A stretch of DNA of 63,625 bases, the filler included, from Octopus bimaculoides (taxonomy: Eukaryota), in the NCBI RefSeq assembly GCF_001194135.2. It is 6 parts of 6 records of this genome, joined end to end, with 100 filler letters (N's around TTAATTAATTAA, not from the genome) between each part and the next. Parts side by side here need not be neighbours in the genome. Positions count along the whole stretch, not along the records: positions 1 to 15,144 come from NC_068984.1; 5 more parts are not named here. The stretch is one strand, 5' to 3'. Made by a program: the position numbers and the translations under genes. Shown here one piece after another: positions 1-9,589 of the stretch. A model generated the notes under the pieces. It saw only the letters and a program-made list of their open reading frames with translations, did no database searches and was not told the DNA's origin. How positions within the stretch are numbered: position 1 is the stretch's first letter; every line of letters begins with the position of its first letter.

Positions 1-10
1 ATATATATAC

Positions 11-173
11 GACAGGCTTCTTTCAGTTTCCGTCTACCAAATCCACTCACAAGGCTTTGGTTGGCCCGAGGCTATAGTAGAAGACACTTGCCCAAGGTGC
101 CACGCAGTGGGACTGAACCCAGAACCATGTGGTTGGTAAGCAAGCTACTTACTACACAGCCACTCCTGCGCCT
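11..173 (-). mobile_element. tRNA-derived SINE, 5' head and body (family A in this window)
   Basis: Minus strand reads AGGCGCAGGAGTGGCTGTGTAGTAAG (A box-like) ... GGTTCAGTCCC (B box-like). Near-identical to the fuller copy at 41319-41740. Confidence 0.85.
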
Positions 174-199
174 GTTGTCCATCATTATCTATATATGGG

Positions 200-330
200 T
201 TGAAGAAAGGAATCCCTACCCATACTGCTAATAGGTTGCAATGCTGGGGTACGATATTATTAAACTATGATTTTAAGATGGAGTATATATCATTTAAGAA
301 ATTAGGACATGCTGATTGTTTAGCAAAAAA
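200..330 (+). mobile_element. Ty3/Gypsy pol RNase H fragment
   Basis: Translation KKGIPTHTANRLQCWGTILLNYDFKMEYISFKKLGHADCL matches the Gypsy RNase H C-terminal pattern RLQRW..L..YDF.IEY......ADALSR. Confidence 0.75.
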
Positions 331-3300
331 TGCTGACCCATTTGAAGACAGAACTCGTGAGCCTTGGTTGGCAGTCTGTCTAGGAGAAGGAACACACCAA
401 GCCCCAAACCAGGGGAGCAAGGATCTTGCTGCCTTGGTGGACTACCTTGATAGAAATGGTGTCTCGATAAAAATAAGGTTGGTAGTAACCTAAAAACACA
501 TCTCATTTGTGAGTGAAAATGCCAAGGAAAATAAATGACGATAATAGTGTAAACAGGACTAGAACCAATGGTGAAGGTGTTGCACCTGGCAGGTGCTCCA
601 CTGCGCAGCAGGGTGGGCCCAGTCATAATCTAACAACTGCTAGCCATACTGGTCAAATTATGCAATGTGCTCGAAAACACAAGTGGTCTGTTGATATGAA
701 TCATAAGGCGATCCAGTACCATGAACAAGCCTTGCTAGACAAGAACAATAGCTAAAATAAAGCTGTCGGAAAATGATCATTAGAACTTTGGAACCAGCTT
801 ACTGAAACTGGAACTAGATTACTGAAAATGGACTCATGAATCAGATAAGAATAATGTGGAATAGAAGCTTTCTTAATGAGGCCCAGACTCAGACAATCAG
901 GAAACACCTCTGTAATTGTGAGAATCTCGAGAAGAATAATGTAGGTGAAGATCAGTGAATGTGTAGGCAAGGTGAAGTTATAGTGGAGGAGAGACTGGCC
1001 AATCAATATAATGTAGAAAATCCTGAAATAAGAGAGGATATGACTGAGGAACAGAGAAACCTCAAGAAAAGACTTGAGGATTTAAGAATTAAACAACAGG
1101 GACCAAGCCGGTGAATCTAAGAAGCTTCGACTATAACAATGTGAAACGCGCGATCCAAAAAGTTGATGAGATTCTGAAAAAGATCTAATAGAAACAAGGG
1201 ACTTGATCAGGTCTGCTTCAATTTTAGTAGGTGAACTGGTTGGAAAGAAAGAGAGGAAAGTAGACGGACAGAAAGAGCCATAGTGGAAGCGAAGAATTGA
1301 AGGCGATATTCTAACTTTACGTAAAGATCTGAGTTGCATAGAAGAGTGGTCAAAAGGGCAATGGAAAAATGGAAAAGAAAGTGCAAGGGCATATCTTGAT
1401 GCGAGGTACCAAATAGAAAAGAAAAGGTTCAAAACTATAATTGAAACCTTAAAACAACGTGTGCAGGCTAAAACATTGAAGGTGCAGTGCTACACTGACT
1501 GCATATCACAGTTCCAGCAAAACCGGCTATTCTCAAACAACCAGAGACAGTTTTTTAAGGGCTTAGGAGGAACCACAGAAGATAATACAACTCCTGAAGC
1601 AGGAGAAACCTGCAAGAAGTTTTGCACAATCAGAGGTGAGTGGATTCATTCCGTGAGATCTGAACTCCATTACCCGGAGGCTCCACAACAGAACCATGTG
1701 TACATAACAACAGAAGATGTCTTTGCACAGATATTAAAACTGCCAAACTGGAAAGCAGCAAGACCAGACAGAATTCAAGGCTACTCGCTCAAGTGGTTTA
1801 GATCAATACACAAGAGAATTGTGTTGCGATTAAACAGAGTGGTACAGATCTGGAGTAGATGATAGAGGGAAGAACAACATTGTTAATGAAAGATCAGCCA
1901 AAGGGCAATGAGGTTGGCAGTTACTGACCCATTGCTTGTCTTAACCTCCTATGGAAAGTATTGACAGGTAAATATATACAGGGAAAATATATACATTCCT
2001 TGCGGAAAACAATCTTCTGCCAGTAGAACAAAAGGGATGCCAGAAAGGATCCAAAGGCATCAAGGACCACCTTGTGATAGACAAGGTTATAATGAAGAAC
2101 TGTAAGTGGTACCAAAAAAACTTATGCATAGCCTGGATAGAATTCAAAAAGGCTTACGACATATTGCTGCACTCGTGGATTTTGGAAACACTTGACGTGT
2201 GGAATAGCTGAGAATATGTGTGCACTGATTAAGAACAGCATGGAAAACGTGTCTTTCCTGTAACAACTAGCACTTAGCCGAGGCAACAATCAAAAGAGGT
2301 ATCTTCCAGGGAGACTCTTGTTCACCTTTGTTATTTGTTATAGCCTTGATCCTATTTTCTGTAGTCCTACGTAAATGTGCACTATGAGCTGAAAAAGAAT
2401 GGACTTCGTCTCATCCACCTTCTCTTCATGGATGATTTAAAACTGTTTGCAAAAACAGAGCCTGAAATAGAAAGGCTGGTTGAGACTGTGCAAATGTGCA
2501 GCAAGGATAGAGGGATGGAATTCGGTATCTTGAAGTATGCGGTGCTTACTTTGAAGAGGAGGGAAAGAGTAAATTGTAGGGGCATAAAATTGCCAAACAG
2601 AGAGAGAATGGAAGACCTGGATGATGATGGGTACAAGTACCTTGGGATCTTGGAGCTGGACAATATCTTTCACAGAGAAATGAAAGACAAGGTCACCACT
2701 GCATATTTCAAGCGCCTCAAACTTCTCCTGAAATCGAAGCTCAACTCAAAGAACCTTGTGACTACCATCAACATATGGGCTGTTGCTGTAGTCCACTATA
2801 GTGCACCCATCCTGAGATGGACACAAGCAGAGATTGACCAACTTGATCGGACTACTCAAAAGACAATGACAATGCATGGTGCCCTCCGCCCTAGGGCAAA
2901 TATACACAGACTCTACATGAAGAGAGGTAAAGGTGGAAGTGGGCTGATTAACATAAGGGAGTACATCAACAGTGAAAGAAGAAACATATTTGGTAAACAA
3001 CAAAAAAGACCTGCTACAGTATGCTGCTAGTGCAGAAGGAGTTAACAAAAATGGACTTGAGAGTGCTCATGAATTCTGAACAAGAACAGCCAATGAGAGA
3101 GAAGAAACCCTACTCTGTATGGAATTACATGGGCAGTTTCACCGTGAAACCAATAAATTAAAAGACCAGGAAGCATCATGGAAGTGGCTCAAAAAAGGGT
3201 GACATAAAAAAGAATACTGAAAGCTTAATCATCACAGCCCAGAACCAGGCATTGAATACCAGTAAAAAAGAATATATACTACACAAGTGCATTGGATCTC

Positions 3301-3848
3301 TGCAGAATGTGTGAGAAGAGGGTCAGAAGCGTGACTCACATTGTTAGAGCTTGTGAAAGTTTTGCGCAGAAAGTACAAGTGTAGTCATGACAAAGTAGCC
3401 AAAAACCTCCACTGGCTACTATGCTGTAAGTATGGATATGAGGTTGTGGGTGCTTGGTACCAACATACACTGTAGCAGTGCCAGGAGATCAACATATAAA
3501 TATAAAGCTGATAAATATAGAGACCAGAGAATGTGGCAGCTAATATAGAGACCTAAGATGTGGCAGCTATGCGAGTTGAACATAAAGGTTATCCCTATTG
3601 TCATTGGAGCATTGGGTTCAATACCACCCAATCTGAAGAAACATCTGAATACCTTAGAAATACCCTACAATCTAGATGTATTGCAAAAGTCGGCATTACT
3701 TGGAACTGCACGCATATTGCTTAAAGTACTGTCTGTCTGAGGTCCTAGTTGCGACTTGACAAACAGTACAAACCGCCAGTACACACAATATCTTCAATCA
3801 ACAACCTCATGATATTGTATACTGTGCAACATCTATAATGATAATAAT
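331..3848 (+). mobile_element. Non-LTR retrotransposon of the R4/Dong (RLE endonuclease) type, near full length, degenerate
   Basis: RT motifs across frameshifts: KLPNWKAARPDRIQGY, EQKGCQKGSKGIKDHLVIDK, KRGIFQGDSCSPLLFVIAL, HLLFMDDLKLFAK. CCHC knuckle CRMC-X8-H-X4-C at 3301-3354. C-terminus VIPIVIGALG...LQKSALLGTARILLKVL. The 3' end runs into TAATGATAATAAT. 5' boundary approximate. Confidence 0.85.
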
Positions 3849-3859
3849 CCTTTCTACTA

Positions 3860-4035
3860 TAGGCAGAAGGTCAGAAATTTCTGCAAAGGGGGCTAGTCAA
3901 TTATATCAACTCCAATGTACAACTGGTACTTATTTCGTCGACATCCTCCCACAAGGATGAAAGACAAAGATGACCCTGGCAGAATTTGAACTCAAAACTT
4001 AAAGACAGACAAAATGCCACTAAGCATTTTGTCAG
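3860..4035 (-). mobile_element. SINE, family B (degenerate)
   Basis: Reverse complement of the family best seen at 35745-35960 (gagttcaaattctgcc...gtcgactttgcctttcatcc...aataagtaccagttg). Confidence 0.7.
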
Positions 4036-4373
4036 ACAATAAAGTCCTGTATATCCAGAACTATCAACCAAGATGAACAGTAGTTAGAATATTTCATCTG
4101 AATTTTGTTTTTCAATAATAAATGTCATTGTACAACAAGATCTGACATGTATTGTATTTTTAATGAGCTTTCACTTTATCTTACTAATATTCCAAAAATT
4201 TTATGGAATAATACTATACTATCAGCATACACATTACTTAATGTACTTCAGAATGCTATAGCATGCTTATTGAAGTGATGTCACACCCACAAGAAGTGGA
4301 GTAGGTAAAAATCTCAATGTCAGTAGCACAGTATCTGTTGTTCCTCAACTAAAAGATATTTTTAAAATATCAC

Positions 4374-4745
4374 CTTCTCTTGCAGATCTTCTTCAGAATT
4401 TGTCATCTTGATGGATGATGGCGGAGATGGAATTGGTGATGTGGATTGTAGAGGAGTATTCAGCAGTGAGCTTTTAGTTGCTACTGAGGAGGTGGTGGTG
4501 GTACTGCTACTGCTGGTCATTGCTGCAGTCACATAAGTACTGTGGGTTGAGATGAAATCAGTTCCAGATGTGGAAACACCAGTTGGTATCTGTAGTAGTG
4601 GCGGTGGTGGTGGAGGAGGAGGTGATGTGATTGGTACAGTGGTTCCACGACCCCATTTGAACCAAGAACTTACACCACTACCAATGCTTTTCTTCTTATC
4701 AACTTTCTTTGGCATGTAGTCCTTTGCAAGGGATTCAACTGTTGC
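4374..4745 (-). CDS. LPIN: Internal exon of a lipin family phosphatidate phosphatase (end of M-LIP domain plus S/T/P-rich linker), 372 nt, phase 0-0
   Basis: ATVESLAKDYMPKK...WFKWGRGTT resembles the vertebrate lipin motif ATVES..(R/K)DKMPKK..RWWF.WR (recalled, not searched). Pyrimidine-rich acceptor ttctctgtgttccag|GCA and donor AAG|gtgata give 124 open codons. Confidence 0.8.
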
Positions 4746-5153
4746 CTGGAACACAGAGAAGATGATGAAAGTAACGAGAGTAATGGAAAAAAACTTTTTG
4801 GTAGCAAGATGGAGTTAATTAAAACATTAAATCAATATGGATTGAGTTAAGAGGTAGAATACCAGTAGGGTTGGTTGGGAAAATAAGTTATGGCTGAGTG
4901 GTTATGAGGTTTGATTCAAAATCATGTAATCCTCAGTTCAATCCCATTGTGCAGCAACTTGACTGCCTGCTACCATAGGTTCGGGTTGCTCAATATGTGC
5001 GTGTGTGTGCGTGTGTATATGTGTGTGTGTATATGTGTGTGTGTATATATCATTTTTAACATCTACTTTCCATGCTGGTATAGGTTAGACAGTTTGACTG
5101 GAACTGGTAAGCCGGAGGGCTGATATATATATATATATATATATGTATGTATA

Positions 5154-7645
5154 TCATCATCATCATCGTTTAATGGACGATTTGACTGAGGACTGGTGAA
5201 CCAGATGGCTACACCAGGCTCCAATCTGATCTAGCAGAGTTTCTACAGCTGGATGCCCTTCCTAACACCAACCACTCCAAGAGTGTAGTGGGTGCTTTTA
5301 TGTGCCATCGGCACGAAGGCCAGTCAGGTGGTACTGGCGACGGCCACGCTCAAAATGGTATATTTTATGTGCCACCTGCACAGGAGCCAGTCCAGTGGCA
5401 CTGGCAACGATCTCGCTCGAATGTCTTTACACGTACCACCGGCACGAGTGTCAGGAAGGCGACGCTGCGCACAGGTACCATCACGATTTCGCTTTCGCTT
5501 GCCCCGACATGTGTTNNNNNNNNNNCAGAGTTTCTACAGCTGGATGCCCTTCCTAACACCAACCACTCCAAGAGTGTAGTGGGTGCTTTTATGTGCCATC
5601 GGCACGAAGGCCAGTCAGGTGGTACTGGCGACGGCCACGCTCAAAATGGTATATTTTATGTGCCACCTGCACAGGAGCCAGTCCAGTGGCACTGGCAACG
5701 ATCTCGCTCGAATGTCTTTACACGTACCACCGGCACGAGTGTCAGGAAGGCGACGCTGCGCACAGGTACCATCACGATTTCGCTTTCGCTTGCCCCGACA
5801 TGTGTTCACAAGCTGAGTTTCGTGTCAAATGGAGGAGACGACGTTGGCATGGGTGCCAGTCGTCGAATTTAGTTTGATTTTGATTCCAATTTCACTTGCC
5901 TCAACAGGTCTTCGCAAGTGGAGTTTAGTGTCCAATGAAGGAAAGTATGCATAAGTGGGCTAGCCCCTGGTAGAGGCCTTGGATTTAGGTCCCACTTGGC
6001 TTTCCGGGTCTTCTCATGCACAGCGTATTTCCAAAGGTCTCGGACAGAAATCATCGTCTCACCACTTCATCCCAGGTCTTCCTGGGCCTACCTCTTCCAC
6101 AGGTTCCCTCAACTGCTAGGGAGTGGCACTTTTTCACACAGCTATCCTCATCCATTCTCACCACATGACCATACCAGCACAATCGTCTCTCTTGTACACC
6201 ACAACTGATGCTTCTTAGGTCCAACTTTTCTTTCAAGGTACTTATGCTCTGACTAGTATGCACACTGACATTACACATCCATCGGAGTATACTGGCTTCA
6301 TTCCCTGTGAGCCTACGCATGTCTTCAGCAGTCATGGCCCATGTTTCACTGCCATGAAGCATGGCTGTTTGTACACATGTGTCATACAGTCTGCCTTTTA
6401 CTCTGAGAGAGAGACCCTTTGTCACCAGCAGAGGTAAGAGCTCTCTGAACTTTGCCCAGGCTATTCTTATTCTAGCAGCTACACTTTCAGTGCACCCTCC
6501 CCCACNNNNNNNNNNNNNNNNNNNNNNNNNNNNNNNNNNNNNNNNNNNNNNNNNNNNNNNNNNNNNNNNNNNNNNNNNNNNNNNNNNNNNNNNNNNNNNN
6601 NNNNNNNNNNNNNNNNNNNNNNNNNNNNNNNNNNNNNNNNNNNNNNNNNNNNNNNNNNNNNNNNNNNNNNNNNNNNNNNNNNNNNNNNNNNNNNNNNNNN
6701 NNNNNNNNNNNNNNNNNNNNNNNNNNNNNNNNNNNNNNNNNNNNNNNNNNNNNNNNNNNNNNNNNNNNNNNNNNNNNNNNNNNNNNNNNNNNNNNNNNNN
6801 NNNNNNNNNNNNNNNNNNNNNNNNNNNNNNNNNNNNNNNNNNNNNNNNNNNNNNNNNNNNNNNNNNNNNNNNNNNNNNNNNNNNNNNNNNNNNNNNNNNN
6901 NNNNNNNNNNNNNNNNNNNNNNNNNNNNNNNNNNNNNNNNNNNNNNNNNNNNNNNNNNNNNNNNNNNNNNNNNNNNNNNNNNNNNNNNNNNNNNNNNNNN
7001 NNNNNNNNNNNNNNNNNNNNNNNNNNNNNNNNNNNNNNNNNNNNNNNNNNNNNNNNNNNNNNNNNNNNNNNNNNNNNNNNNNNNNNNNNNNNNNNNNNNN
7101 NNNNNNNNNNNNNNNNNNNNNNNNNNNNNNNNNNNNNNNNNNNNNNNNNNNNNNNNNNNNNNNNNNNNNNNNNNNNNNNNNNNNNNNCCTCTGTAATTAT
7201 TTGTATCTAAGGCATCACCTTTACCTTTGTAACAGTTGACTATGGTGCTGCTACACCAGTCATTGGGTATGACTCCTTCGTGTATCACCTGGTTAACAAT
7301 ATAGCCGACATTGCCAGATATTTTGAGCATCTCTGCAGTGATTCCTGATGGGCCTGGGGCTTTCCCTGTCTTCATACTCTTAATTGCTTTATCTACCATG
7401 GTCAATTAGGATAGCTGGTCCCTCTGTTGGGTCGATGTTCGGCAGACTCTCTTTCTCCCATTCATTCTCTTTATTGAGCAATCTTTCGTAGTAGCGTCTC
7501 CAAACCTCTTTCTCTGCAACCTCGTTTAGTGCAAGTGTACCATCATCCATGCGGACACATTTCTCTCCCACGACATCACGATTCTCTCTCACACACTCTC
7601 TTGCAACACGAAATACCTCAAGTCTTTGGTCCTCATGGCGCAGAA
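5154..7645 (-). mobile_element. RTE-clade LINE, 5'-truncated; contains gaps at 5516-5526 and 6506-7187
   Basis: KTGKAPGPSGITAEMLK...CYKGKGDALDTNNYR; KGRLYDTCVQTAMLHGSETW; RRLCWYGHVVRM...GRGRPRKTWDEVV. 3' tail contains GGAAGGGCATCCAGC and ends in (GAT)n. Confidence 0.9.
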
Positions 7646-7779
7646 CATTGGCAAATTTATATATATATATATATGTATAAATTGAGGATATATTAATTAA
7701 AATGATTACATCAGTGGCCAGCATATAAAAACTACCATATCGGTAAAATTAATATTTAAGTATTTAGTTCTGCGATACA

Positions 7780-9583
7780 AATGAGATGCAGTTTGGGTTT
7801 GTGCCAGGGAAAAAGCACCACTGATGCTATATTTCTGGTTAGACAGCTGCAGGAGAAATACCAAGCCAAAAATAAACCTCTGTACCTGGCCCTTGCCCTA
7901 ATTGCTGAGTCACTATCAGAACTAGAAGAGAAGTTTCAGGCGTGGAAGCAAGGACTAGAATCAAAGGGCCTTAGAGTCAACCTAGCTAAAACCAAAGATA
8001 TAATAAGTAGGAAGGTAGAGAAACCACAAACCCCTTCAGGTAGATGGCCCTGCTTGATCTGTAGAAAAGGCGTAGGTAGAAACTCTATAAGATGTACCCA
8101 AAAGGAAGGGTAGTTTTTGTATGTGGCAGATGCTCAGGAGCAATAAACACTGAAAATGTGCAGAGAACAACTTCTGCCACATTCCAGGGAGAAAAACTAG
8201 AGGTAGTTGATAGCTTTTGTTACCTAGGTGACCAAGTTAGTAGCAGGGGAGGCTGTGCTGAAAGTGTAGCTGCTAGAATAAGAATAGCCTGGGCCAAGTT
8301 CAGAGAGCTCTTACCCCTGCTGGTGACAAAGGGTCTCTCGCTCAGAGTAAAAGGCAGACTGTATGACGCATTTTTATGAACAGCCATGCTTCAAGGCAGT
8401 GAAACATGGGCCATGACTGCTGAGGACATGCGTAAGCTCGCAAGGAATGAAGCCAGTATGCTCCAATGGACGTGTAATGTCAGTGCGCATACTTGACACA
8501 ATGTAATTACTTTGAGAGAAAAGTTGAACTCAAGAAGCATCAGTTGTGGTGTGCAAGAGAGACGATTGCACTGGTATGGTCATGTGGCAAAAATGGATGA
8601 GGATAGCTGTATGAAAAAGTGCCATACCCTAGCAGTTGAGGGAACCTGTGGAAGAGGTAGGCCCAGGAAGACCTGGGATGAAGTGGTGAAGCACAACCTT
8701 CGAACATTAGGCCTTACCGAGGCAATGACTTGTGACCGAGACCTTTGTAAATATGCTGTGCATGAGAAGACCCAGCAAGCCAAGTGAGACCATAATCCGT
8801 GGCCTCTACCAGGGGTGTAGCCAGCCCACTTATTCGTACCTTTCCTTCATTGGACACTAAACTCTGCTTGCGAAGACCTGTTGAGGCAAGTGAAATCGAA
8901 ATTGAACCAAATTCGACGACCGGCACCCATGCTAACCATTCCTTCATTGGACTCTAAACTCTGCTTGCAAAGACCTGCTGGGGCAAGTGAAATCGAAATC
9001 GTAATTGAACCAAATTTGACGACTGGCATCCATGCCAACCTTTCCTTCATTGGACTCTAAACTCTGCTTGCAAAGACCTGTTGGGGCAAATGAAATCGAA
9101 ATCGTAATTGAACCAAATTCCATGACTGGCACCCGTGCCAGTGGAGCGCTAACAGCACCATCTGAGCATGATCATTACCAGGGCAGCTGTCTGGCTTTCG
9201 TGCCAGTGGCACGTAAATAGCACCATTTGAGCGTGATCATTACTAGCGTCACCTTACTGGCACTTGTGCTGGTAGCGTGTGAAAAAAACATTCGAGCGAG
9301 GCCATTGCCAGTGCTGCTGGACTGGCTCCTGTGCAGGTGGCACGTAAAAAACACCATTTGAGAGTGGCTGTTGCCAGTACCACCTGACTAGCCCTCGTAC
9401 CGGTGGCACGTAAAAGCACCCACTACACTCTCTGAGTGGTTGGCGTTAGGAAGGGCATCCAGCTGTAGAAACTCTGCCAAATCAAGATTGGAGCCTGGTG
9501 CAGCCATCTGGTTCGCCAGTCCTCAGTCAAATCGTCCAACCCATGCTAGCATGGAAAGCAGATGTTAAACTATGATGATGATG
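7780..9583 (+). mobile_element. RTE-clade LINE of the same family, 5'-truncated, with the RT core internally deleted
   Basis: MQFGFVPGKSTTDAIFLVRQLQEKY...KPLYLA is joined directly to LALIAESLSELEEKF, so the YADD core is missing. Followed by LEVVDSFCYLGDQ, RRLHWYGHV, GRGRPRKTW. Tail ends TATGATGATGATGAT. Confidence 0.9.
8860..9130 (+). repeat. Three ~95-105 bp tandem sub-repeats in the RTE 3' UTR
   Basis: Unit aaactctgcttgc(g/a)aagacctg...gaaatcgaaa...gaaccaaat...ccttcattggac is repeated about three times. Confidence 0.85.
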
Positions 9584-9589
9584 ATAGTT

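Noticed and set aside
5237-5805. Apparent exact ~280-bp tandem duplication around an 11-N gap (similar cases at 17070-17150 and 54590-54707)
   Set aside because: Identical overlap on both sides of a tiny gap indicates unmerged contig ends.
6361-7405. Long ORFs dominated by X (and similar ones at 16.1, 29.9, 32.2, 57.1, 60.5 and 62.1 kb)
   Set aside because: Open only because they read through N-runs.
8860-9130. Regularly spaced repeats considered as CRISPR-like
   Set aside because: Eukaryotic context, whole units are homologous with no unique spacers, and there are no cas genes.
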